The position numbers and the translations under genes were made by a program. DNA of 64,000 nt. Origin: Octopus vulgaris (Eukaryota). Below, one piece after another: positions 27,750-41,687 of this stretch (within the stretch, counting starts at the first letter, position 1; each line of letters starts with the position of its first letter). Location: assembly GCA_951406725.2 (NCBI GenBank), contig OX597814.1:208506001-208570000 (forward strand), in the 5' to 3' direction. The notes beneath the pieces are model-generated. The model ran no database searches. It was not told where the DNA came from and saw nothing but the letters and a program-made list of their open reading frames with translations.

Positions 27750-28359
27750 CTAAAACTGAGATTTTGCGTCTTTAAAACCACATGCTAACAAGTTTGATCA
27801 CTGCTAACAGCCTGGTACAGAATTCATCCATCCTGAATGAACAAACAATTGTCTCCTTGAAACCTGTTTGCACATAATTAACATTCTAAGCTCTTTTTTT
27901 TCCTTTTTAATATTGTTAAATTTCATTTATTACAGCCTGTAAATGGACCCAATAAACTGATATTTCAATGTAATTGGCACATCTTTATCATACTTACTTG
28001 TGTATATGTGTAGTGTATAGATCTTTTTTTGCTTCATTTTTTTTCTTTTCACTTGTTTTACTCATTGGACTGCAACCATGATGGAGAGTTTAGAAGGACA
28101 AATCCCCCCACCCCCAGTATTTATTTTAAAATCTGATATTCATTTATCTCTTGCCAAAATGCTAAGTTACAGGGCTGTAAGCTTACCAAAACCAGTTATT
28201 AGTTGGTAGTGGTAATGTGGGGTGGTGTGCATTCAAAATGGTATACACACATACATATATACACATACATTCATATATATTTATATACATATTTACACAC
28301 ACACATACATCTCTTTCTTCTGGCCCTTAACCATTAATCTTTACACATTTTTCTCTCTC

Positions 28360-28530
28360 CATTTTCTTTTTCTTTTGTCCTCTCTCCTTGTTTCCTCTCA
28401 GTCCTTTCTGTCAAAGAGCATAGACTCAAAATGTCAAAGGCTTTCCTGTTCTTCCTGACTGTCAAGTTAATACACCTGCTTGTTGTTCCTTACCCTGTCT
28501 TTGTCTTTTGTTTTCTGTAAATTCAGTCTA
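28360..28530 (+). mobile_element. Short TA-associated element (Penelope pLTR-like) with decayed hammerhead-like motif
   Basis: CCTTT-CTGTCAA-A-GAGC-ATAG-ACTC-AAAA-TG-TC-AAAGG at 28403-28440; homologue at 11845-12012. Confidence 0.6.
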
Positions 28531-28806
28531 TATATATATATATAACAGAGTCTGGCACAGCCTTCTGGTTTGCCAGCTTTTGTCAAACTGCCCAATCCAT
28601 GCCAGCATGGAAAACAGGTATAAATTGATGATGATGATGATGATGATGATGATATATATATATTTATAATGATAATATATATTAGAGGATATATTATTCT
28701 CTTAAAGGGATGAATACATCCAAGAAAACTGGTTCTATATCTTATGTCTTTTGGAAATAAAATTTTCCTAAATCAGTAGATATATATTAAGTATATAATC
28801 TGTATT

Positions 28807-28978
28807 AAACTAAGAGATGAAAATGGAAGGTTAGTGGTTAATATTTATTTATTAATAAATTGATAATCATTTCTTCCTACAGCTGTAGGAAGCAGCTGTA
28901 CCCAAATTATAAGAAATGATTATCAATTTATCAGTAAATAAATATTAACCACTAACACTCCATTTTCTTTTCTTAATT
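28807..28978. mobile_element. Foldback/MITE-like inverted repeat with internal palindrome
   Basis: ~64-bp arms (28812-28875 and 28911-28974) are nearly complementary. A perfect palindrome CTTCCTACAGCTGTAGGAAG lies at 28873-28892. Confidence 0.85.
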
Positions 28979-29014
28979 TTTTATATATATATATATATAT
29001 ATATGTATATCATC

Positions 29015-29697
29015 ATGATCATCATCATCATCATCATCATTTAGCATCTGCTTTCCATGCTGGCATGGGTTAGACGGTTTGACTGAAACTGGTAAGCTGG
29101 AGAGCTGCACCAAGTTCCAATCTGATTTGGCATGATTTCTTTTGCTGGATGCTCTTCCTTATGCCAACCTCTCCATGACTGTGATGGGTGCTTTTTACAT
29201 GCCACCAGCATGGGTATCAGTTACATGCCACCGGCATCGGCCACAACTATGATTTCACTTGGCTTGATGAGTCTTCTCAAGCATTCCACTTGGCTTATAT
29301 TTATTTATTCATTTATCCGTGCCGGTGGCATGTAAAAAGCAACATCCGATCGTGGCCGTTGCTGCCCCGACTGGCCTCCGTGCTGGTGGCATGTAAAAAG
29401 CACCATCCGATCGTGGCCGTTGCCAGCCTCGCCTGGCCCCCGTGCCCGTGGCACGTAAAAAGCACCATCCGATCGTGGCCATTGCCAGCCTCACCTGGCA
29501 CCTGTGCAGGCGGCACGTAAAAAGCACCCACTACACTCACAGAATGGTTGGCGTTAGGAAGGGCATCCAGCCATAGAAACATTGCCAGATAAGACCGGAG
29601 CCTGGTGCAGCCTTCTGGCTTCCCAGACCCCAGTTGAACCGTCCAACCCATGCTAGCATGGAAAGCAGACGCTAAATAATGATGATGATGATGATGA
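29015..29697. mobile_element. Two RTE 3' fragments in divergent orientation (minus ~29015-29290, plus ~29317-29697)
   Basis: (CAT)n tail on the left and (GAT)n tail on the right; both match the 3'UTR of 3287-4546. Confidence 0.85.
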
Positions 29698-29861
29698 TAT
29701 GGAGAGAGAGAGAGAGAGAGGTGCATGTAATATGGATACAGATATATAATTGAGAGTTTGGGTTGATTTCACTATGAGTTGCAAATAATATAAAATCACA
29801 TTCATTCTTGCACCACAAAAAGCCAAATCTTCAATTTATCATGTTTTTTCTCTATTTACAG

Positions 29862-29957
29862 AGTTTGGTTGAGACAAATAATATCTCATAGGATGCACAA
29901 TGCAAAGTGGACATTGGTGTTAGGGGACATAACTCATTCAAGCGTTAATATTGCATG
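29862..29957 (+). CDS. Candidate internal exon encoding the start of a fibronectin type III domain
   Basis: Strong acceptor TTTTTTCTCTATTTACAG and donor ATG|GTATTT; 96 nt, phase 2-2. The only open frame is VWLRQIISHRMHNAKWTLVLGDITHSSVNIA(W); L..DITHSSV.I.W resembles FN3 strands A-B. No repeat similarity seen. Confidence 0.5.
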
Positions 29958-30363
29958 GTATTTGTGGTTGCCTTTTGCCCTATGCTGATATAGAGATACA
30001 TGTATGCATACAATCTCTCTGAGAGCGAAACATTGAAGAGGATAAGCTATGACCAAATGCTTTGAAATTATCAGCTTCTATACCCAAATTATAAACCCAC
30101 ATTTATACAAATATTAATTGATGAACTTGATTTTGTGAAAAGCTAAGGTTTTCAGATAAAGAAACCAACCAGCTAACTTGCACAAAACAAAAACAGCCTG
30201 TAAGTGGAACAGTAAAAATATGCAAGACTTTTCTTAATTCAAAAATGTGAGATTGTTTTTGTTATCTGTATTCCAATGATGGACATTTGTATCTTTGTTA
30301 GAAACAAGTGACTTTATATCAGAATTCAAATAATTAAAAACAGAAGATAACATACATACATAA

Positions 30364-30398
<35 letters not shown>

Positions 30399-30758
30399 TA
30401 CACACACACACACACACACACATGCTTACAGATAAGCACATTTACAAGAGGGCTTTTGTACAGTTGCTATCTATCAAATTTAATTTACAAAATATTGAAC
30501 AACTCAAAGAGAACTTCTAAAGAATACATCCATGCCTGTATCCACTCACAGATATTGATTTTATATTTTGGCCGAAAGAAAAAAAAAACAGTTTCTCCTT
30601 TAAACTGTAATTAAGAAGGATTGCAAGTAATAAATGGAGTTTATTGATTAGGAACAGAGAGCAAGTAAATTTCAAGATCATGTCTTTGATGGTGTGAAAG
30701 TGCTAATAGCAATAATCTATTTTATTATGCTATATTTTAATGAACATATTTTAACTAC

Positions 30759-30872
<114 letters not shown>

Positions 30873-31020
30873 AGCTATTTGTCTTTCGATTTATCTATCA
30901 ATCATATTCGATAATTTTATTGGCAATGACTTTGGAATTTTGGTGTAGGGAATATTCAAATTGTTTATTCAAAATGTATGTGTGTGTGTGTATGTCTGTG
31001 TATGTATATATATATACATA

Positions 31021-31228
31021 TGTGACCTCGTGAGTACCGTTGTCGATTTTTTTTTCCTCTGTATTCCCTTCTTGGGATCTTTCCTTCTCCTATGTTTCCG
31101 ACAAAGAGCTCTGCTCGAAACATTAAACCCTCCTTCTTCCCTTCTTTCCTGAGCGTCCAATAATACTTTATTTGTTCCACGTCCTTGCGTTGTTGTGATT
31201 TTTTGTGTTTTCTTGTTTGGATTAACTT
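31021..31228 (+). mobile_element. Short (TA)n-inserted element (Penelope pLTR-like) with hammerhead-like motif
   Basis: Near-identical inverted copy at 55348-55552; motif at 31094-31128. Confidence 0.7.
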
Positions 31229-31262
31229 TCTCTCTCTATATATATATATATATGTATGTATA

Positions 31263-31387
<125 letters not shown>

Positions 31388-31411
31388 GTGTGTGTGTATA
31401 TATATATATAT

Positions 31412-31512
<101 letters not shown>

Positions 31513-31625
31513 CAGACTGGAGTCTGGTGCAGCCTTCCAGTGTGCCAGCCTAATCAAACTGTCCAACCCATGCCAGCATGGACAACGGACATTAAATGAT
31601 GATGATGATATAAATATATATATAT

Positions 31626-31685
<60 letters not shown>

Positions 31686-32354
31686 AAAGCAATATAACCA
31701 TATTCTCATTTCTAAGTTGAGATTTCAGTGCTCTAACCCACCACATCAGGGGTCTTATGACTAATATGAGAAAACCTCAAATTTACAGCCCGTAAAAATC
31801 CATTTGCACAACGTTGAAAAACTGCAAAGGAAAGATATGGTCAAGTGAATGTGCCCCAGGACATGCCTGATACTTATTTTATGCAATTTATATTGAATAT
31901 TTTCTAGATTTGCTATATTTTCACATTGTTGTTTAAAACTATGCCACCTGAGAAAGCAGATATACTATATTTTGTTCTGGCATCAAGGACTACATTACAC
32001 AATGTGTTTTCCTGTGTATTTTTAATATTGGTAAAAGGTGTGTTATAAGGGGGGGATTTTGCTGCTATTTCTAGTAGGTCAAGTGGCAATAAGTGTTGAA
32101 ACTCCTTTACCTTGTGCTACTTATTTTACCTGTGAGAGCCATGTTTAGTAAATATGGCACCAGGCATACGAGGATTTGAAATTAGAATGTGGAGGAATGA
32201 AACTAAATACTGCAAGGCACTTACTTTGGCAGTCTACCATTTCTGTCATTCCATTGCTTTACTCTATCTCGTTTCTCATCTCAGAGTTATAGATATGCAA
32301 AAAAAAGCTAATTCAGAGAAAGATATACATGTATTATATATGCACGCACACATC

Positions 32355-32398
<44 letters not shown>

Positions 32399-32452
32399 CA
32401 CACACACATATATATACGTATTCTAATTCTCTGTCTCCCTATCTCCTCCCCA

Positions 32453-32484
<32 letters not shown>

Positions 32485-32498
32485 AAAATAAAAAATAA

Positions 32499-32870
<372 letters not shown>

Positions 32871-33225
32871 GAATTCTTGGTAGGGAAGAAGAAGAAGAAG
32901 AAGAAAAATAAGAAGAAGGCATTGCAAGACTAATAACCTGGTTTAGAACTCAATATATGAGTCAGAATGAAGTGTTAGATGAGTATGGAGCAGTAATAAG
33001 ACAGTGAGATGACAAAGGAATAAATGATTATCTTATGAACTTCATTGGCTAACAGTTGTTTCTGCTATAACATGCAGTGGACTCATAGTTGAGTACCTGA
33101 AATACACCTTATAGCTTCATTGGAGCCTCAAACACACACACACACACACACACCCACACACATTTATATATATGTGTGTGTGTGTATCATTTTACATGCA
33201 TTTGTCTGTGTGTGTTTTCTGTATA

Positions 33226-33789
33226 TATTCTTTTACTTGTTTCAGTCATTTGATTGCAACCATGCTGGAGTACCACCTTAAGGAGTTTTAGTCAAACAAA
33301 TCGACCTCAGGACTTATTCTTTGTAAGCCTAATATTTATTCTATTGGTCTCTTTTGCAGAACTGCTAATTTACAGGGATGTAAACACATTAAGATCGGTT
33401 GTCAAGTGATGGTTCATGGAGTACAAGCACAGACATGAACACACAAATATATACATACATATGTATGACGGGCTTCTTTCAGTTTCTTATTTCTTTATTG
33501 CCTATAAGAGGCTAAACATAGAGGGGACAAACAAGGACAGACAAAGGGCTTAAGTTGATTACATTGACCCCAGTGCATAGCTGGTACTTAATTTATCAAC
33601 CCTGAAAGGATGAAAGGCAAAGTTGACCTTGGCGGAATTTGAACTCAGAACATAACAGCTGACAAAATAATGCTAAGCATTTCTCCCGGCGTGCTAACCT
33701 TTCTGCCAGCTCGTTTCTGTCTACCAAATCCACTCACAAGGCTTTGGTTGGACCAAGGCTGTAATAGAAGACACTTGCCCAAGGTGCCA
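33226..33789 (-). mobile_element. SINE family A with nested SINE family B (33487-33713)
   Basis: The family A body is split at GTTTCT, which is duplicated on both sides of the B copy. Confidence 0.85.
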
Positions 33790-35002
33790 ATATGTCTCCT
33801 TACACAAGCATCACTGTATCATTAAGAAGTTTGCCTAACAGCTATGTGGTTTTGGATTCATGCCCAATGTATGGAACTGAAAGCAAGTGTCTTCTACTTT
33901 AATCATAAGTTGACCAATACCACGTGAATGAAACTGATAGACAGAAGTTTAACAAAAGCCATGTGTCTGTGTGGTCATACATGCAGCATGACCATGTGGT
34001 AAAGAAACTGATTTCACAATCATATGATCCCAAAATTAATCTAATTCGGTGATGTCCTGAACAAATATCTTTAATCATAGCCTAGTGCCATCCCAAACCG
34101 TGTCATTAACTAGGTCCCAAAGGACACATTTTCAACCATAAGGAAACCAGTAATATAAGGTTGAATTTGAAGTGAGAATGCAATGAGCTAGAAGACAAGC
34201 TGCAAAGTGTCTAATCTTAATTTCTAACAATTCCACCGACAAACTGCCTTAGACTGGCACTTTATTTATGAATCATGTTAACCTCACTGGATTTTGAACT
34301 CAAGGTGTAAAGAACACTTCAAAATGTTTTATCCAAAGCTCCAGTAACTCTGCTTGTCTTCTGTTTAATTTTAATATTTGTGTATAACGAATTTGTACAT
34401 CAAATGCAATTGTCAAACATGACCACCTGGCATGAATCTCTTCATAAGATTGTAATGTTTTCTCTTGGTGAGTCGATGTGAATTTATGCAAGAACTGACT
34501 TCACGTAATGCAGTATGTGTACATTACATTCTAGGTGAATATGTTCAACACTTCCTTATCACATGGACAAATTTATCTCTCTTCCTCATTACACACACAC
34601 ACACACACGCACCCATGCATGTGAACAAACACACACATACACCCATGTACATGTGCACACACCCAGACACACACGTATGCACACGCATACCAACTTAAAG
34701 ATGTATGAAATGTATATTGGTGTATATAAATCTTCCCGATGCGTGGGTTAGTGAATGTGTGTGTGATGTCTGAGTCTGTGTGTGTGTGTGTGTGTCTGTG
34801 TGTGTGTGTGTGTATGTGCATTGTGTGTGTGTGTGTGTGTGTGCATTGTGTCTGTGTGTGTGTGCATTGTGTCTGTGTGTGTATGTGTGTATAAAACAAT
34901 TTTAGATCTTTTTTCTTCTTTTTATAGTTTTCGATGTTTTCCTCATAACAGATGTTTTAAGTCATATAATCAGTGTTGGAAAGGATTGGAATAATGCTTT
35001 TT

Positions 35003-35097
<95 letters not shown>

Positions 35098-35633
35098 GTG
35101 TGTGTGTGTATGTGTGTGTATGTGTATGTGTGTGTCTGTGTGTGTGTGTGTGTAAGTGTGTGTAGGTGTGTGTGTATGTGTATGTGTGTGTAGGTGTAGG
35201 TGTGTGTGTGTATGTGTGTGTATGTGTGCGTGAGAGAGAGTGCGTGTGTGTGTGTGTGTTAGTGTGTGTGTGTGTGTGTGTGTGTTTGCAAATAAATGTG
35301 TGCAAATAGCAACTGATTGAAATAGATCCTGCTTCAAGTGTATTATAGCTAAAATAAAAGTGGGTATCATACTAAGATATCAAGCTAAGAAGGTTAAGAT
35401 AAGACAGAATCGGTGGCTGATGGAGCTCACAATTGAAAAACAACAGACTGAGCAAACAAACGTGTTGGTGTGTGTATGGCTGTGGGATTATAAAGTTCAT
35501 TTAGTAACCAGGGGGGTTCCGAGTTTGATTTCTCAGCAGGAGAATTCTAGGGCAGATGTCTCCAACTGTAACTTCAAATTGACCAATAGCCTGTAAGGAA
35601 AATTTGCTATATGGAAACCTTGCAGGGGGGGGG

Positions 35634-35665
<32 letters not shown>

Positions 35666-35959
35666 CCTCAATGGTGTCAGTTGCAATAAAGCAAAAAATC
35701 ATGAAGTTCTTGATACTGTTTGGTAGAGTGGACTAACATTTATTTAAAGTTGAGCAGTGTGTATGAATGTATGTTATCATTTTGTTTTATTTCTAGATTT
35801 CTTGCCAGTGGGAGAAAGAGTCAGTTTCTAACCCAGATCCAAGGCTCCTTCATTGGAATTTTAAATAAAAAAAACCCAAAAAGTATTTGTACCTGTTTGT
35901 ATGTGTGCAATATTTGGTGTCAGTGTGTGAGCAGATTTGTGTGTTTTTTTTAATATAAA

Positions 35960-36450
35960 ACCAAAATCGAAGTCGATCAACATCAATGGAAATTGCAGCT
36001 GTGATACCAGTGCCGGTGACAAGTAAGCGAACCATCTGATCGTGGCCATTGCCAGCGCCACCCCGACTGGCCTCCGTGCCGGTGGAACGTAAAAAGCACC
36101 ATCCGTTCGTGGCCGTTGCCAGCCTCGCCTGGCCCCCGTGCCAGTGGCACGTAAAAAGCACCATCCGATCATGGCCGTTGCCAGCCTCGCCTGGCCCCCA
36201 TGCTGGTGGCACGTAAAAAGCACCATCCGTCCATGGTCGTTTGCCAGCTCCGTCTGGTACCTGTGCAGGTGGCACGTAAAAAGCACCCACTACACTCACG
36301 GAGTGGTTGGCGGTAGGAAGGGCATCCAGCCGTAGAAACACTGCTAGATCAGACTGGGCCTGATACAGCCTACTGGCTTCACAGACCCCAGTTGAACCGT
36401 CCAACCCATGCTAGCATGGAAAGCAGATGCTAAATGATGAAATGATGATG
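35960..36450 (+). mobile_element. RTE LINE 3'UTR with ~62-bp internal tandem units
   Basis: Repeated GTGCC.GTGGCACGTAAAAAGCACCATCCG.TCGTGGCCGTTGCCAGCCTCGCCTGGCCCCC; (GAT)n tail. Confidence 0.9.
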
Positions 36451-36509
36451 ATATTTTCTCATTCATATACTTGCATGTCAAGACATGTGCATATATACTC
36501 AGATATTGT

Positions 36510-36780
36510 ATGCATGTATGTTTTCTATGCTTCAGACCATGCAGATGTGCAGCAGGACTGAATAGTCATCTGAGAGGTCATGGATGGAAAGTTAGAAATG
36601 CTATTGATAATGAGAATGCAAAAGGAGATAATAATCATTTGTGAAAATGAAGCATTCACCATGCATGTATGTCATTATTCAGTTTTATTTCAAGATTTTT
36701 TGTCAAGAGAGAAAGAGCCAGGTTCTAACCTAGATCCAGGGCTCCTTCATTGGAATTTCAACAACATCAACAGGATATTT
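36510..36780 (+). mobile_element. Zinc-finger RTE C-terminus plus probable 3'UTR remnant
   Basis: CFLCFRPCRCAAGLNSHLRGHG resembles the finger near 13.9 kb; the downstream block recurs at ~35800-35860. Confidence 0.5.
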
Positions 36781-37628
36781 TTGTATGTATGTACACATGC
36801 AGATTTGCATGTTTTGTCTTATGTATATATTTTCATGCATCATCATCATCATCATCATCATCGTTTAATGTCCGCTTTCCATGCTAGCATGGGTTGAACG
36901 ATTTGACTGAGGACTGGCATGGGTTGAACGATTTGACTGAGGATTTGACAGATGGCTGCACCAAGCTCCAATCTTGATTTAATATATATATATATATATA
37001 AAATATATTTGGCAGAGTTTCTACAGCTGGATGCCCTTCCTAACGCCAACCACTCCGAGAGTGTAGTGGGTGCTTTTACGTGCCACTGGCACAAGGGCCA
37101 GTCAGGCAGTACTGGCAACAGTCACGGAAAATCGTGTTTTTTTTTATAGTTGAATATCTAGACATGCTTATATATATACTTAAATAATAAACTTTTGATA
37201 AACTATGTATGTATGTAGGTGGGTATGTGTGTGCATGTGTGTATATGTGTGTATATGTATGTATTTAGGTACAGGTACACATACTTATGTTAGATATACC
37301 TACATCTTATGTGTGGGGTGGTATGTGTGTGTATGTGTGTATAGCTATACAAATACACACATATATGAGATGTACATACATTTTATGTGTGTGTATGTGT
37401 AAAGTGGAATAACAGCTTTTCATTCAAAAATGTTAAATTTAAGACATGATAGTATGATAGGGATATCCCATAATCCTGTTTCACTAAGGACATGACACCG
37501 TCCCTTGTTACCTGTTATTTGTAAAGCTGGGTGACAAGCAAGCAGAGAAAGCATGGTTGTGAGGTTCTTTTAATTCTGTCCTGCTGAGAGTTTATTCAAC
37601 TCTCTAATGTTGGTGTCATGAGAAATTG

Positions 37629-38180
37629 CATCATCATCATCATTGTTCGACCGTGGTCGACACAATGGAATTTACCATGCTACGCAAGACTTCACGGTCC
37701 ATCATGGCATTACGGAGGTCCTGTTGCTGGATGCCTGTATCCCTGGAGATTACATCAGGGTAGGAGAGTGTGCGCCCTCTGGTATTGCGAGTAGATGGCT
37801 TCCAGAGGAGAAGAGTAGAAATTACCTCTTTTTCAGCTCTACAACAATGTCCAGCAAACTGGACTCTCCTACCTTTCACAATAGATGACACAGGTGGTAG
37901 TTTCCCATATATTTGCATTTTGGTTGGATGGCGCTTCCACGAGAGATTTTGAGCCATCATAAGGAGGCGAGTGTAGGTTCCATCCAACCACCTCTCAAGC
38001 TTCTTTGATAACGTCCAGGTTTCTGAGCCATATAGTAGAATTGGTTCGACTGTGGCTTTGAAGATTTCAAGTTTGAAGTCTCTACTTAGATTTGATGACC
38101 AGATCTTATGCATGTCATTACAGGCTGACCAGGCCATACCCTTTCTATTTAGAAAGTCTTTTCCAGATGATGATATGTGT
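37629..38180 (-). mobile_element. 5'-truncated RTE-like LINE with an intact C-terminal reading frame
   Basis: SSSGKDFLNRKGMAWSACNDMHKIWSS...VEPILLYGSETWTL...RRVQFAGHC...NAMMDRE; the stop codon is part of the (TGA)n tail. Confidence 0.92.
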
Positions 38181-39054
38181 GACCGCAACACGTACACTCT
38201 GTAAAGCGGTTGGCAACTGAAAGGACATCCAGCTGTTGAAACCAAGACAAAACGGCATGCATGAGACAAGACTATGACAGCAGTAGCCCCCAATAAGGAA
38301 GGACTCAGACTGCTATGACCCGTCCAACCCATGTTACCATGGAAAGTGGACCTAAAAATGATGATGATGATGATGGTGGTGATGATTGTGTTCGTGTTTG
38401 ATCTGTTTGATGAAAGGTTTTTTTTCAAATTACCTCATTAGTCCAATAATAATACATTCACAGTCTCATCATCAGAATGAAGTGATGCTAATAAAAAAGC
38501 CATGCTATTTGCCTGCTTTGAAGTAGTTTGCAAAGCATCATGGGAATATTGTTATAATTTATAAAACCATCAACAACAGATTTAAAAGTTCCTAGAATGG
38601 TAAGTTCTTGTTGATTTTATGGTTTATTTTTCACGTGATGTGTCTGTATGGTGATTTTGGTTTGTATTTTACTCATTGTAAAGCTTCCATATTTATTTTT
38701 CTCATTTTTATGTAATTTATTATAAAACTGCAGTGCTACCATCTACTGTTTTTCTATTAACTCTATTTTGTTAAATGTATTGAATTGTGATTGGTCCTTG
38801 TTGTAAATGCTTGGTCAACCAAAGAGAAAGTGTGTCCAGTGTAACAGTTCAAGTCACAAAGCTTGCAATCTTCATGTTTACATTGAAATTTGTATATTTC
38901 ATTAGTTGTCTGAATTATGTTCTGTGGTTTGCAACTTTATGGTTCCATGCCAAGGAGATTTTTCATTCTGTGTTATTGTAATATATTCTGATTAAGCTAT
39001 GAATTAGTGGTTAGGTGTGGTACATGTTGTACATTGTTTTATGAGTATTGTTAA

Positions 39055-39425
39055 TGATGATGATGATCATCATCATCGTTTAGCATCCGCTTTCCATGCT
39101 GGCATGGGTTGGACGGTGCAACTGGGGTCTGGGAAGCCAGAAGGCTGCATCAGGCCCAGTCTGATCTGGCAATGTTTCTACGGCTGGATGCCCTTCCTAA
39201 CACCAGCCACTCCATGAGTGTAGTGGGTGCTTTTTACGTGCCACAGGCACAGGTGCCAGATGAGGCTGGCAAACGGCCATGATCGGATGGTGCTTTTTAC
39301 GTGCCACTGGCACGGAAGCCAGTCGGGGCGGCGCTGGCAACGGCCACGTTTGGATGGTTCTCTTATGTGCCACCGGCACTGGTATCACAGCTACAATTTC
39401 CATTCATGTTGATCGATTTTGATTT
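39055..39425 (-). mobile_element. RTE LINE 3'UTR fragment
   Basis: Reverse complement of 35960-36450. Confidence 0.88.
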
Positions 39426-40371
39426 TTGATTAAAATGTCAGCAATGATATATTCATCTATTTTATAACATTGTCTTGGCTTAACAGCCCTCATCATTTAT
39501 TTTTACTGTTTTGTTCCCATTGTTCTGTCTTTTACTATTTTTACATTTTTATTGCTTTTACTGTTTTGTTCACACAGTCCTGTTCTTGTTACCACTTTTA
39601 CCCTCCGCAAAAAACCCCAAATTTTATTTAATTTGCTTTTCAGGAAGGACTGTTTCAATGAAGTCGCGTCCTGTCCTTACCTTCGAAATGTGGAGTAGAT
39701 GAAACAGGGACAACTGAAGAAGGGGAATATTCTTTATGTTGTATGTCTTGTACTCTGTTTTTTTCATTGCATGAAAAATAAGTTTGTTTCTATGCTTTTG
39801 TTTTTATGTTTTCGTTTCTCATTGTGTTCCACATTTTTTTGATGTCCTGTACCCATATATGCATGTGTGTGTATATATATATATATATACACACACACAT
39901 ACATATATATACGTATGTGTGTGTATGTATGTGTGTGCATGCATGTGTGTGAGTGTGTGTATGTGTGTGTGTGTACGCGTATCATTATCATCATCTTGAC
40001 CACTTAGTATTTTTCCATGCTTGCATGGACCAGAAGAAATTTGTTAAGGGAGACTTTCTACAACCCAATACCCTTTCTGTCATTAACTCTCATGCATTTC
40101 TAAACAAGGTTATATCTCCTCATGGCCAGACATTTCCCACAAAAGACATTTCCCACAAAACAATCTCACGTGTATGACAGTGATGCTCGTGTACAACCAT
40201 CACACGATGCCAAAACAAGAGCAAACATGAATGCATACACACATGTACATATATAAGTACCTTCTCTCTACTAATATTCATTAAAATATATGGAAAATAA
40301 AAAAAAACAAACAAACAAGTGTCTTTGCATGTATGACGTGTGTGTGTGTGTGCCAGTGTGTGTATGTGATT

Positions 40372-40786
40372 GAGGCGAGCTGGCAGAAACGTTAGCACAC
40401 CGGGTAAAATGCTTAGTGGTATTTCGTTTGCCGTTACGTTCTGAGTTCAAATTCTGCCGAGGTCGACTTTGCCTTTCATCCTTTCGAGGTCGATAAATTA
40501 AGTACCAGTTACACACTGGGGTCGATATAATCGACTTAATCCGTTTGTCTGTCCTTGTTTGTCCCTTCTATGTTTAGCCCCTTGTGGGTAATAAAGAAAT
40601 GGGTATTTCGTTTGCCGTTACGTTCTGAGTTCAAATTCCACCGAGGTCGACTTTGCCTTTCATCCTTTCAGGGTTGATAAATTAAGTACCTGTTACGCAC
40701 TGGGGTCGATGTAATCGACTTAATACCTATGTCTGTCCTTGTTTGTCCCCTCTATGTTTAGCCCCTTGTGGGCAATAAAGAAATAA
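40372..40786 (+). mobile_element. SINE family B tandem dimer (second unit lacks the head)
   Basis: The body from GGTATTTCGTTTGCCGTTACG to AAAGAAAT occurs twice. Confidence 0.9.
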
Positions 40787-41463
40787 GTATGCGTGTGTGT
40801 CGAGGGGATTGGTGTTTGAGGGTGTACGTATGACTGTGTATATGTTCGTACTTGTGTTTGCATGTCTGTATGTGTGCTTATATATAAGCTTGCACATATA
40901 GACTTATGTACACTTGTATATACATTTTATGTACTAGTAAATCTCAAACAAGTAAGAAAGAGTAAAGAGAAAGGAAGAGAGAGAGAAAGAAAGAGAGAGA
41001 AAGAGAAAGACAAAATGTGTGTATGTCAGCAAGTGTGTGTGTATGTGTGTGTATGTGTGTGTGTGTGTGCATACACGCATGCATGCGTGTTCACTTGTAT
41101 GGTGTAGAGACAAATGAAATGAGAAGCTGGGATGATTTAATATTGCAGCTGGCATGTCAGATGTCATAGGTACATGATCAGCTGCCAAGAAAAGCAGTGT
41201 AGGTGGATTGTGATCGAGGGAAGACACAGAATGACTTGCTATTGAGTGGAATATAACCTTATATATATGCTATTAATTGTAATGTTTTTTATAGAGCAAT
41301 GGTAATGTCCAAATTCATGTAATTAGAGATGTATGCATGTGTGTGTGAGTGTGTGTACATGTGCATATTTGTGTGTGTGTATGTGTGCACACTTACACAC
41401 AAATATGCACATACTTATACACACACACACACACATATAAATATAAATTATATAGGTTATAGC

Positions 41464-41502
<39 letters not shown>

Positions 41503-41650
41503 TATGATCTGAAGATGTTGCATTTCATGAACGAAATGACAAAGATCCGTGTCAGTTGATGACATGCAGTGCAGGAGGAGACCTGACCACCCATGCAAGC
41601 AAAGCCAGCAAATGTTAAAATTGATATAGTGATGGAGACTTGGAAGGCAT

Positions 41651-41687
<37 letters not shown>

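Noticed and set aside
34310-34467. Hydrophobic frame ending at a GTGAGT donor
   Set aside because: Its 5' part is a degenerate SINE B and there is no convincing acceptor.
36070-36290. CRISPR-like repeat array
   Set aside because: The would-be spacers are homologous to each other, the array is part of a LINE 3'UTR, the context is eukaryotic and there are no cas genes.
37640-38428. 262-aa ORF as a host gene
   Set aside because: It is an RTE LINE C-terminus fused by chance to upstream repeat sequence.
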